The notes under the pieces are model-generated. The model was not told the origin of the DNA. It saw only the letters and a program-made list of their open reading frames with translations, and made no database searches. The position numbers and the translations under genes are program-made. 64,000 bases of DNA from an uncultured Clostridia bacterium (GTDB lineage Bacteria > Bacillota > Clostridia > TANB77 > CAG-508), in contig CALXAY010000002.1 in NCBI GenBank assembly GCA_944386415.1, positions 22,297 to 86,296 on the forward strand. The letters run 5' to 3'. Each line of letters begins with the position of its first letter. Position 1 is the stretch's first letter. This document shows, in pieces, positions 11,052-20,395 of this stretch.

Positions 11052-13886
11052 TTATACCTCCATTAATACAGCAATTATTTTAATAAAAGGTTTATCTTCT
11101 GCTTCCAAACTATCTTTATACCATTTGTAATACTCATTAAAAGTACTTTCAATATTGTTTTTCTTTAATTGCTTTGTTCTGCTTAAACCTTCTGTTTCAA
11201 ATAAACTGATTTGATTATATTCTAATTGCTTCTCTTTTAACTTATCTAATTTTTGCATATATGATAAAACTTCTGTACTTATTACATCGTCATATTCTCT
11301 AAATGCATCAGACAAGATTTCTTTTATTTTATTGATAGCTAATCCCATATTTGATTGTGCCATTTCTAGTTCTTTCTCTTTTATTAAATCTTCATTAGGA
11401 ATATTTTTATCTAGTAGTTTAGTTTTTTCAAATAAATCCTTTATACTCATTACTTCAATAATTTCATTATTTTTCACCTTAACACCAAACCACTCATCAA
11501 TTACTGGAGTAGATTTTCTATTAAATATTGAACCAGAAATTATATAAATCAAACTTTTATCTGTATTATTTGATTTTATACCAAGTACAGGAGCTTCTCC
11601 TCTCCCAAATAATAATTTTGATTTATCATTTATTATGCTAAAAATCGGATGTAATCTCCATAAATATTGTGCTTGTGACCATGCAGTTTCATTTAAATCA
11701 TTTTGCATACTTCTCTTCATTTCGTCCATTATGAATTCTTTATCAGTGCTTAGTTTTAATTCGTCATCTGGAATTGCTTCATCTGGAAGTTGAGTTTTTA
11801 GCCTTCTTTTTATTTCAGGAGTTAGTTTTATTTCGATACCATCTGCAACTCCTAAATCAGTGTATGAATGTTCACTCTCTGTATTGAATTCAGATAAAGC
11901 TGTTTCTATATAATCCTTATCACTAAATATAGTTAAATCATTTGTAGTTTCATTTTTTAAACCTTTTTCAATATCTTCCTGACGCATAAGTATTTCAAAC
12001 GGATCAAATTCTTTTGATGAATTATCTAATTGTTTTTCAAATTCTTCTGAAGACATATTAGTTTCAATAACATTTGCTACTTCTTGCTCTTCTTCCTCAA
12101 CATTAAATTTTCCCATAAGTAATGTAGGATCACCAATATTTTTATATGCTTGTTCTTCCTTTTTAATAAGAATTTCCATTATTCTAGTATCGCCTTTTAT
12201 CTTTTCATTCTTACTCTGAATTAAGAAATATCTAATATCTGGCTTTTTAGTTTGACCATATCTATCAATTCTTCCATTCCTTTGTTGAAATACCATTAAA
12301 GACCATGGAATATCAAAATGAATCAATCTATGTGATAAATAATGTAAATTTATTCCTTCTGACGCAACATCAGATGCAACTAAAATTCTTATTGGTGATT
12401 CTTTTTTGCCAAATTCATCAACAATTTCTTGTTGCTCAACATCTGACATACCACCATACATCTCTTTAACTTGGTCTTCATTCATGTTAAGATCTTCTCT
12501 TAAATATTTTGCTAACCATTTCATTGTTTCTATTCTTTCGGTAAATATGACTATTCTATCATCTGTATCAGTATGCCAATTATATTCACTATTATTTAGA
12601 AGTTGCAATAATTGTTGATATCTAGAGAATGAATCCGGCTTAATTTGTTCTAATAAAGACTTCAATTCTTTTAAAGTATTTATGTCTTTAAATTTATTGT
12701 CTCCATATTTATTAATTAATTTTCTTAATCTTTCATCTATACTTTTAATACATGCTGCTGGAGAAGAAAATAAAGATTTTTCAAGGTTTGTCTTAAATAG
12801 TTGACCTGTAGCTTTCTTATTGTATGAATCCATTTCTAGTTTCATGTCTGCAAAGTAATCATATACTCTCTCTTCAACATTTGATGCATAACTTTTTTCT
12901 ATATTAACTTCTCTTTCTTGAAATGATGAAATTAATTGGTCATTGATATCACTTTTAAATCTTCTTACACACAAGCCCTTTATATCTTCTTTTGTATAGT
13001 CATGAGGATTCGCAATAGCAGTTGGATCTAACATATTCATTAGCGATGCAAAGCTTTCAGCTTTACCATCATGTGGTGTTGCAGATAAAAGAATTAAAGC
13101 ATCACCATTTTTTGATAATAATTTTGCAAGTTTAGATCTTTGACTTTCAGTTTGAGATATTCCTCTATCAGCGACATTATGGGCTTCATCTATTACGATA
13201 ATATCCCAGTGTGCATTTTCAAGATAAGTTCTATATTCAATATCTCTTTTTAATGTATCCATAGAAATAATTGTCTTATCATAATAGAAGAAAGGATTAT
13301 AATTTGAAGGTAAAGAATTTCTAATTTTTTGTATTTTACTTGAATCCAAACGGATTAAAGGAATAGAGAATCTATTCCACATTTCTTTTTGGAATTGCAT
13401 CATCATGCTCTTTACTGTAACAACAAGAATTCTTTTACCTTTTCCCCTTGCTATTAATTCAGACATTAAAATACCTGCTTCAAGAGTCTTACCAAGTCCA
13501 ACGCTATCAGCAATAAGAATTCTTTGTCTTGGCGTTGATAAACTCATGGTTGTAGGAACTAATTGAAAGTCCATTAAATCCATTGCTGCTTTGTATCCAA
13601 CATGAATTTTTGAATCTGTTGGTATTTTTTGTCTTAAATTACTTTCAATATATAATTTAGATTTTTTAAAAAGAGGTGATGTATCAGCGACTAATTTTGT
13701 TTGTGCAGGATCAACAATACTTACTTCCTCTAAATCTTCCAAAAATACGCTTTCTTTATCTTTAACTAATGGAGATATACCAGTACAATAAACTGCTTTA
13801 TTTCCAAAGCTATTGTTTTCAATCTTATTTATCATCCATTCTTCATCACGTACAATAATTCTTAAACCAGGCGCTAACTCAGACAT
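11052..13886 (-). CDS. drmD: SNF2-family helicase, DISARM DrmD-like
   Basis: SNF2 motifs DSVGLGKTLEAG (I), VIDEAHN (II), LLSATP (III), QQRNGRIDRYGQ (VI). First gene of the three-gene block, with GGAGG upstream of the ATG. Confidence 0.6.
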   Translation of the reverse strand: MSELAPGLRIIVRDEEWMINKIENNSFGNKAVYCTGISPLVKDKESVFLEDLEEVSIVDPAQTKLVADTSPLFKKSKLYIESNLRQKIPTDSKIHVGYKAAMDLMDFQLVPTTMSLSTPRQRILIADSVGLGKTLEAGILMSELIARGKGKRILVVTVKSMMMQFQKEMWNRFSIPLIRLDSSKIQKIRNSLPSNYNPFFYYDKTIISMDTLKRDIEYRTYLENAHWDIIVIDEAHNVADRGISQTESQRSKLAKLLSKNGDALILLSATPHDGKAESFASLMNMLDPTAIANPHDYTKEDIKGLCVRRFKSDINDQLISSFQEREVNIEKSYASNVEERVYDYFADMKLEMDSYNKKATGQLFKTNLEKSLFSSPAACIKSIDERLRKLINKYGDNKFKDINTLKELKSLLEQIKPDSFSRYQQLLQLLNNSEYNWHTDTDDRIVIFTERIETMKWLAKYLREDLNMNEDQVKEMYGGMSDVEQQEIVDEFGKKESPIRILVASDVASEGINLHYLSHRLIHFDIPWSLMVFQQRNGRIDRYGQTKKPDIRYFLIQSKNEKIKGDTRIMEILIKKEEQAYKNIGDPTLLMGKFNVEEEEQEVANVIETNMSSEEFEKQLDNSSKEFDPFEILMRQEDIEKGLKNETTNDLTIFSDKDYIETALSEFNTESEHSYTDLGVADGIEIKLTPEIKRRLKTQLPDEAIPDDELKLSTDKEFIMDEMKRSMQNDLNETAWSQAQYLWRLHPIFSIINDKSKLLFGRGEAPVLGIKSNNTDKSLIYIISGSIFNRKSTPVIDEWFGVKVKNNEIIEVMSIKDLFEKTKLLDKNIPNEDLIKEKELEMAQSNMGLAINKIKEILSDAFREYDDVISTEVLSYMQKLDKLKEKQLEYNQISLFETEGLSRTKQLKKNNIESTFNEYYKWYKDSLEAEDKPFIKIIAVLMEV

Positions 13887-14171
13887 TTTATTCCTCCATT
13901 TTATTACTCTAATATTTTATAAAAATTTAAATTCTCTTATTTCATTTTCAGTAAAAAATCATCTAATTCAATTTTTTTATATCCTTATTCTTTTCAAATA
14001 AATTTTTTTCTTTATTACTATTAGCAATTATATCAACCCATATTTGAGATATATTTTGGAAATCTATATATAATTTTAATCCCCCGTCTGCTTATAATAA
14101 TTCTATTTTATTTTATATCATAAAATGACATTTTTCTCAATAAATATACAGAAATTTGCACTACAAAATTT

Positions 14172-14216
14172 TACAAAAAAATCCATGTCTCAAATTCTTG
14201 TTCAAGACACGGATTT
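14172..14216 (-). terminator. Rho-independent terminator after the relaxase gene
   Basis: 12-bp stem (14179-14190 with 14205-14216). Its single non-Watson-Crick position is a G.U pair only in the minus-strand RNA. A T-run follows on the minus strand. Confidence 0.6.
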
Positions 14217-14220
14217 TTCA

Positions 14221-15600
14221 TTATCTCACATACTTTCCTGTTTTTGTCTTTTCATTTTCATGCTCTTTAGGATGTTCCTTCTCTTCCATCTCCCTGAGAT
14301 TTTCTCTCATTTTTATAGAATTATCATAAATAACATCACACATTTTAAGTTCTTTTCTAATTTTCTCAAGTTCTGAAGTAACAGCAATTATTTGCTTTGT
14401 TATTAACTCCTTATCGTCATCTTCTTTTAAATTTTTTCTTTTATAATAAAGTCTATTCCTGCAATTAAGATATTTTTGTAATTCTTCTTTCTTCTCATTT
14501 TTTACATCATTAATTCTACTTAGTGTTTCTAACTTATATTTACACATAAATCTAATTTGTTCTGAATACATATCCATTTTTCTGATACCTGCTCTCATCT
14601 CTGGTGTTAGTCTGAAGCTTTGATTATATTTAGGATATAACCCTAATAAGTGCTTATAGTAGTAATATAATGCTATTATTCCTTTAGGCTTATATATCTT
14701 TTTAAAGCTCCTTTTAGTTGTATATTTTTTAGCAGGTGGTATTCTATATGGAATAATATCTTCATAATTTACAAGATTATGAGAAAGTATTCTTTGTTTT
14801 ATTCTATATAAGGAATATTCTTCTCCAAATGCTCTTTCAACTCTTATATTCCTTTTGTGATATTTATCTCTTATACGCAATTTATCTGCTCTATAATAGT
14901 AGCTATATCCCATAGACTTTAATATACAATTCATATCACTTAAAGCATAAGCATGTTCTATTGCATAATCTAAATCCTCCTTTGCAAATTTATAATAATC
15001 AGATTCTTTCATTGATTTCCTATAAAAGTTTTCAAAATTTATTCCTGACCTGCATGTTTTTTCTGGCAAAACACTTAAACCATATTCCTCACAAAGTTCA
15101 TCTGAAGTTCTTCTTAATAGTGCTGTATTCGCTAGATTAGAATAATACTTAAATCCATCTTTAAATGATACAGAATTTAATACAAAGTGATTATGAATAT
15201 TCTCTGTGTTTAGATGTGTAGATACTACTACTTGAAATCTATCTCCCCACATTTCTTCTGCAAGTCTTACACCTATTTCATGTGCTATCTCTGGTGTAAC
15301 TTCTCCTGATTTAAAAGACTGATAACCATGGAATGCTAATATACCTCCTTCCTTACCTTTAATCTTTTTTATAAATTGCATTTCATCAACTGCTGTTTCT
15401 AACTTACAATTTATTGCTGTAGTATAAAATTGTTTCTCTGTTTTATCTGGGTTAGTAGCATACATTAATAAATCTCTTACACTATAAAACTGATTCATAT
15501 TAACATCTGCATATTCGTTTTTAGTCTTCTCCTCATCTGTTGCATAATTTACTACTTTGTCAATTCTTTGTGTCACTTTCCATATACTTGTTGTTGCCAT
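14221..15600 (-). CDS. MobA/VirD2-family relaxase (mobilization nuclease)
   Basis: N-terminal relaxase domain with histidine triad STHLNTENIHNHFVLNSV and a long coiled C-terminus. GAGGAGG lies upstream of the ATG. Confidence 0.7.
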   Translation of the reverse strand: MATTSIWKVTQRIDKVVNYATDEEKTKNEYADVNMNQFYSVRDLLMYATNPDKTEKQFYTTAINCKLETAVDEMQFIKKIKGKEGGILAFHGYQSFKSGEVTPEIAHEIGVRLAEEMWGDRFQVVVSTHLNTENIHNHFVLNSVSFKDGFKYYSNLANTALLRRTSDELCEEYGLSVLPEKTCRSGINFENFYRKSMKESDYYKFAKEDLDYAIEHAYALSDMNCILKSMGYSYYYRADKLRIRDKYHKRNIRVERAFGEEYSLYRIKQRILSHNLVNYEDIIPYRIPPAKKYTTKRSFKKIYKPKGIIALYYYYKHLLGLYPKYNQSFRLTPEMRAGIRKMDMYSEQIRFMCKYKLETLSRINDVKNEKKEELQKYLNCRNRLYYKRKNLKEDDDKELITKQIIAVTSELEKIRKELKMCDVIYDNSIKMRENLREMEEKEHPKEHENEKTKTGKYVR

Positions 15601-15633
15601 ATTTATATCCTCCTCTCATATTAAAAAGGGGAT

Positions 15634-15674
15634 TGGGGAATTTCCCCATGTAGAATTTCGAGCTGGCGAAATTC
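15634..15674. promoter_or_regulatory. Candidate oriT/relaxase operator: two adjacent inverted repeats
   Basis: TGGGGAAtTTCCCCA (15634-15648) and GAATTTCG-6 nt-CGAAATTC (15653-15674), 35-75 nt upstream of the relaxase start. Confidence 0.3.
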
Positions 15675-15698
15675 ATTGCTTGCTAGGACAATATCTTT

Positions 15699-15735
15699 AA
15701 TAAAAATGCCCAAGTTTTAAGTCAAAACCCAGGCA
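15699..15735 (-). terminator. Rho-independent terminator after the small basic ORF
   Basis: 12-bp stem (15707-15718 with 15724-15735). Three positions are G.U pairs only in the minus-strand RNA and mismatches on the plus strand. A T-run follows on the minus strand. Confidence 0.5.
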
Positions 15736-15761
15736 CTTTTTTCTTCTAGAAATGAGTTTTT

Positions 15762-16004
15762 TTATTCCTCATTTGAGATATAATTTACTTTATAAATATA
15801 AATTTTATTTCCAATTTTTCTTTTTAATTTGATTATTTTATTGCATCCATTATTTCGATTTTTAGAAATATTTTTTCTATATTTTCTGTATAATTCATAT
15901 CTCATTCTTCTGTTTTTTCTTCTTCTATATTCCTTTAAGTTTCTAATTAATTTTTCATTTCTGTGACCATAATTGTCTCTATTTATTTCATAAATAACTC
16001 TCAT
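15762..16004 (-). CDS. Small highly basic hypothetical protein
   Basis: 80-aa ORF with GGAGG 8 nt upstream of the ATG and its own terminator. Composition is Lys/Arg/Asn-rich and no family was recognised. Confidence 0.35.
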   Translation of the reverse strand: MRVIYEINRDNYGHRNEKLIRNLKEYRRRKNRRMRYELYRKYRKNISKNRNNGCNKIIKLKRKIGNKIYIYKVNYISNEE

Positions 16005-16100
16005 AATTTTACCTCCATTTTTTAAACTTTACTTTTTTTATTATTTGTTGTACAATAATATTAACTTAATTTTGGGTTAGTATTTTTAAGTTTGCCGACT

Positions 16101-16923
16101 TTATACTAACTCTTTTTTTGTACTTTTTAATGTTATTCCATAACACATTTGGTACAATTTTTCTATCGTTGCATTTGCTAAATCTTTGTCCTGACTCTTC
16201 TCAAATCTTTCAATTAATCCCTTCTTATTGAACCTTGTTGTTATAACAATAGGTAACCCTTTTTCGCATCTATTTTGAATAATTGTATATAACTTTTCTA
16301 ATGCCCAGTTGCTTATTTTTTTCTGTTCCTAAGTCATCAATAATTATTAAATCTACATTAGAATATAGTTCAATTAATTCATTTTCAGACTTTGTATTAT
16401 CTCTAAAAGTTTCCTTAATCATATCTAATAATGTTATTAGTCTACCCATTAAAACAATCTTGTTTTGTTCAATTAATTTATTTGCAATAGCAGATGCTAA
16501 ATGAGTTTTTCCTTGTCCTGACATGCCCGTTATTATCAGTCCATTGTCCTCATTATTCTTTATACATTTTTCTGTATAATCTTTTGCAACTTTTATTGCC
16601 ACTTTATTATTTGGATTAATTCTAAAATTTTCAAAGTTCTTAGATTGTAAATTCTTTTCCATATAGCTTTGCTTATAGATTTTATTAATTATTTCTCTAT
16701 AACGACTTCTCTTTTGTTTTTCAAATTCAATTTTATCTTGTTTATTCCAATATTCTTGAGCCTTTATACAATTACACCTTTCATATTCTATAAATTCAGG
16801 AGATATATTCACATATAAATAATCAAGTCCTATTGGATTCAATTTTTTACCACAAAATTCACATTTTTTAAGTCTATTGTGGATAGTTTCATTTAATTTG
16901 ATATTCTCTAAACCCATTTTCAT
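16101..16923 (-). pseudogene. DnaC/IstB-like AAA+ helicase-loader ATPase, frameshifted in a homopolymer
   Basis: Walker A GMSGQGKTHLA and Walker B LIIIDDLGTEK. After a 7-nt A run (plus-strand T run 16316-16322) the family-typical continuation ISNWALEKLYTIIQNRCEKGLPIVITTRFN... is in another frame and ends at 16101. Confidence 0.6.
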
Positions 16924-17416
16924 TCTCCTCTCTTTTTGTATTTTCTTTTCTTATTTCTTTTGTTATATTTTCTTCTCTTTTCTCTTCTGTACCGTTACAT
17001 AACGTTACCGTAACGTTACTTTTTTCAATTTCACTCTTATTCTTTTCACGATATTTTCTTTGTCTTTCTCTGTTTTGAATTTGATAATTCTCATATTTAT
17101 CAATACTTTGATACTTGTCCCAGTTTTTTATTAGAAATGTTTCCCCTTCTTTAATTAACATTTCTAATTCTAGAAATTTTTCCAATATTTTGCTCATTTT
17201 TTTCGAAGATTTTCCCATAATTTTCGAAAAATTTTGGATTGAAATCGGATTATTTCCAATTATTAATCTTCCTCCAGCTCCACATTCAACTGCTAATGAT
17301 AATAATTGAATCCACACTCTAAAGTATGTATCCCCATCTTCTAATCCTAGGATTAATTGGATTTTTCTGTTGTTAAAAATATTCTGTTCTAACTTAAACC
17401 ACTGAATATCATACAT
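16889..17416 (-). CDS. Phage replisome organizer N-terminal domain protein (DnaD-like)
   Basis: N-terminus MYDIQWFKLEQNIFNNRKIQLI..GDTYFRVWIQLLSLA matches the replisome-organizer pattern. Overlaps the DnaC-like start. Confidence 0.55.
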   Translation of the reverse strand: MYDIQWFKLEQNIFNNRKIQLILGLEDGDTYFRVWIQLLSLAVECGAGGRLIIGNNPISIQNFSKIMGKSSKKMSKILEKFLELEMLIKEGETFLIKNWDKYQSIDKYENYQIQNRERQRKYREKNKSEIEKSNVTVTLCNGTEEKREENITKEIRKENTKREENENGFREYQIK

Positions 17417-17443
17417 ATCCTCCTTTCTCCTCTCTTACATCAA

Positions 17444-17644
17444 TTAGTATCTAACTGATTCTTGTTCTTTCTTATTTAGATAATCGTCTAATACTTGAAC
17501 TCTAAATAAGAATTTGCCACCAACTTTTGAACATGGTATTTCTCTTCTTCTTACTAATTGATTAATTAACCAGTAAGATATTCCTAAATACTCTGCTGCC
17601 TCTTTCATTGTTAGTGTTGTTCTTTGTACTTTCTGTAATTCCAT
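17444..17644 (-). CDS. Excisionase-family (MerR-type) helix-turn-helix DNA-binding protein
   Basis: 66 aa: TMKEAAEYLGISYWLINQLVRRREIPCSKVGGKFLF. AGGAGG is upstream. Confidence 0.6.
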   Translation of the reverse strand: MELQKVQRTTLTMKEAAEYLGISYWLINQLVRRREIPCSKVGGKFLFRVQVLDDYLNKKEQESVRY

Positions 17645-17831
17645 ATAAATGCCTCCTTTCTTTTAGTTTATTTGGTACTTGTACTAAGTTAACAAGTTTT
17701 TTTATTTTTTTCTCGTTAACTAATTGTATTATTACACATATTATGATAAAATCCTATTAAACCTAGTAAATTCAGTTATCAAATCGTAACTTTTGGTTTT
17801 TTAATGATTTGTTAACAGAAAGGATTAATAT

Positions 17832-19070
17832 ATGGAAAGAAAAAATAATATTGGAATATCTTTTGATGCTTCATATTTTTCTCAAATATTCATTCACACT
17901 TCTGGTGCATATTTGAGTAAACCAATTAGTAAAAGCAACAATAAATATTTAGCAAATTTTAAAACTATACCACCTGATGAGAGATTTGGACAATTAGTTC
18001 TAGAACTTGAAAAAACAACTTCTGAATCAGAAAGAGAAAGAATAATAAATGAATTAAAAGAAATTACAGAAATAGATAAATCAGTTGAATCTATGCCTCT
18101 TACATTTAAAGATAATATTGAAAAATTAAATGGATATATAGTTTTTGAGCCAATGACTGCCGTTGAACATTATGATTTATCTTTGTTAGATTTTATTAGT
18201 TATGATTTTGATGTTTTCAATGATTATATATTGTTTTTTATCAATTTCTTTGATTATTTTATAGATAAATTAGATAATAATGATATTAAACATATAGAAT
18301 TAGATACTTTATATCCTGTTAATGAAATAGTTGAAATAGCAAAAAAATACTATGAAAAAGAAAAAAATAACTTAATTTATTATCAAGGTTTATTTAAAAA
18401 ATGTGTTAATTTTGTTTACAATATTGATAATTATTTTAATTTTAAAGATTTAACGCATAAGCAAAGATTCTTTTTGTATAATCAATTATATCCAAATACA
18501 TTTGCAGAATTTAAACAAGATTTTCATTCAACAGATTTATTAGAATATAAATATAATGATTTTCCAATAAGACCTGAATTAATTCAACTTGAAGATATAA
18601 ATACTATAATTTCTGCAATTGAAGAAGTAGATCCTACAGGTAGAAAACTTAATAGCTTACAACAATTTGAAACTACAAATTTATTTACAAGTTTTTATAT
18701 TACACTATTTAATGTAGTAGCTATTAACAAAATGCACATCAAAATATGTGGTAATTGCCAAAAATATTTTATAACACATAAAGAAACTGTCACTTATTGT
18801 GATAGAGTTATAAATAATGATCTAACATGCAAAGATATTGGTAATAAAGAATATCAAAAAAGGAAATTAGAAAGTGATACTACTTATGATAGATATAGAA
18901 AAATAGGTAGTAGAAAACAACTTAGAGCTACTCGTAACCCTGAAATAGATTTCTATAAAAAAGATTTGGAACAATATAGAAAGATAGGAAAACAAATGTA
19001 TAAAGATGTTTGCTCTGGAAAGATTACTAATGAAGATTTTGAAAAATGGATAGATGAACAAGACAAATAA
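17832..19070 (+). CDS. Hypothetical protein with C-terminal Cys-cluster (zinc-ribbon-like)
   Basis: 412-aa ORF transcribed divergently from the excisionase-type gene, with CGNCQKYF..YCDR..CKD near the C-terminus. No family recognised. Confidence 0.5.
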   Translation: MERKNNIGISFDASYFSQIFIHTSGAYLSKPISKSNNKYLANFKTIPPDERFGQLVLELEKTTSESERERIINELKEITEIDKSVESMPLTFKDNIEKLNGYIVFEPMTAVEHYDLSLLDFISYDFDVFNDYILFFINFFDYFIDKLDNNDIKHIELDTLYPVNEIVEIAKKYYEKEKNNLIYYQGLFKKCVNFVYNIDNYFNFKDLTHKQRFFLYNQLYPNTFAEFKQDFHSTDLLEYKYNDFPIRPELIQLEDINTIISAIEEVDPTGRKLNSLQQFETTNLFTSFYITLFNVVAINKMHIKICGNCQKYFITHKETVTYCDRVINNDLTCKDIGNKEYQKRKLESDTTYDRYRKIGSRKQLRATRNPEIDFYKKDLEQYRKIGKQMYKDVCSGKITNEDFEKWIDEQDK

Positions 19071-19100
19071 AAGTAGTACAATGCAAGTACTACTTTTATT
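19071..19100. terminator. Bidirectional hairpin terminator between convergent genes
   Basis: Perfect 9-bp stem AAGTAGTAC/GTACTACTT with a 7-nt loop. A-rich on the 5' side and T-rich on the 3' side. Confidence 0.55.
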
Positions 19101-19108
19101 TATCTTAT

Positions 19109-20383
19109 TTAGAAATGCTTATTAAATTTATAATTATCATATTCTAACATATTTTTAAATATTATATCTATAACTATTTCATATAGTATCTTTGTTCTTT
19201 CATAAATCCAATCAAAATCTATGTTTTCTACTCTATAATTTTTAGGATTTGCCTTATTATTTATATTTTCAAAAGCAATGTATAGTTTTTTATTTGGTAT
19301 ATGATAGCCATTATGTACATAATGATTTCTTAAGCATATTATTTCTTGTACCATATTTTCAATATTTTTTATCTTTTCATTATCCTTATAATTATTTTCA
19401 ATACCATATTTTATAAATGAATTCTTTATACCTTTTATTGATTGCTGTTTATAGTAACACTCTATAAATCTATAAAACATTAAAAAATTATCTTCTATGT
19501 TTCTTGAAGTATTCAATATTATATATGGTATATTTCTTACCTCATTTTTGCTATTTCTATATGGTATTGTTGTATAGCATCTAAATAAAAATTGTAATAA
19601 ATTATCTTTTACACTATTATCAACATATGAATTCTTATAATCAATATCTTTTATAGGAATACATATTTCAAAGAAAATTTTATTAATTTCTACTAAAACT
19701 CTATCAATAATAAATTTACATGGTTTTAATAATTGACAAAACATAATTAACTCATTTATGTACTCATAAACTTCTTCATAACTAATACTTTTATTTAAAT
19801 TAATATCAATATATCCACCTAAATTAACATCTATTTTATTATTTTTTCTATTAAATTCACTTTTCCAATCATCTGATACTTCTATAGATTTGATATTATT
19901 TTGATTAATTTCAACTTTTTGTTTTTCTGTATTTCTTTTTAACTTAATGATATATTCATTTTCTATTTCTTCTTTAGATACACTTGGATAACCAATTAGT
20001 TCATTTATCATTTTACTATATACTCTAATCTTATTTATGTTTTTATCATTAGAGATATCACATAGTTTCTCATAGTTTCCATATTTAAAATAATATCTTG
20101 TAAAAAACTTCGTTTTATATCCACCATCTGGAGTCCCTAAAACTTCTGAGTGTCCATTACAATTAGCATTTTTTAATAAATAATTCATTCTACCAAAATA
20201 ATCAATTATTAATATATCTCTTTCTTTAAATTCTGTATAACTTCCAAATGTTCTAATCCCATTTATTTCTGGTATTTCATCCATAATATCATAATTAACA
20301 ATAACTTCTATTCCATCATTTTTTATTTCATATTGACAGTCATATTTTTCATTATATTTACCGTCAAAAAAGCAAACAGCCAT
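19109..20383 (-). CDS. Possible HEPN-type (Rx4H motif) protein, possibly ApeA-like, third gene of the TIR operon
   Basis: C-terminal LRNHYVHNG contains an Rx4H motif. The 424-aa protein starts 12 nt after the TM-Macro gene with GGGAG upstream. The N-terminal part was not recognised. Confidence 0.35.
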   Translation of the reverse strand: MAVCFFDGKYNEKYDCQYEIKNDGIEVIVNYDIMDEIPEINGIRTFGSYTEFKERDILIIDYFGRMNYLLKNANCNGHSEVLGTPDGGYKTKFFTRYYFKYGNYEKLCDISNDKNINKIRVYSKMINELIGYPSVSKEEIENEYIIKLKRNTEKQKVEINQNNIKSIEVSDDWKSEFNRKNNKIDVNLGGYIDINLNKSISYEEVYEYINELIMFCQLLKPCKFIIDRVLVEINKIFFEICIPIKDIDYKNSYVDNSVKDNLLQFLFRCYTTIPYRNSKNEVRNIPYIILNTSRNIEDNFLMFYRFIECYYKQQSIKGIKNSFIKYGIENNYKDNEKIKNIENMVQEIICLRNHYVHNGYHIPNKKLYIAFENINNKANPKNYRVENIDFDWIYERTKILYEIVIDIIFKNMLEYDNYKFNKHF

Positions 20384-20395
20384 CCTTACACTCCC

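Noticed and set aside
1212-13886. Numerous 60-120-aa plus-strand ORFs inside the three large defence genes (for example 1212-1436, 3954-4322, 8124-8411, 9136-9429)
   Set aside because: They are antisense to long ORFs that carry clear helicase or methylase motifs. They have Phe/Leu/Ile-rich composition, typical of the reverse strand of AT-rich coding DNA.
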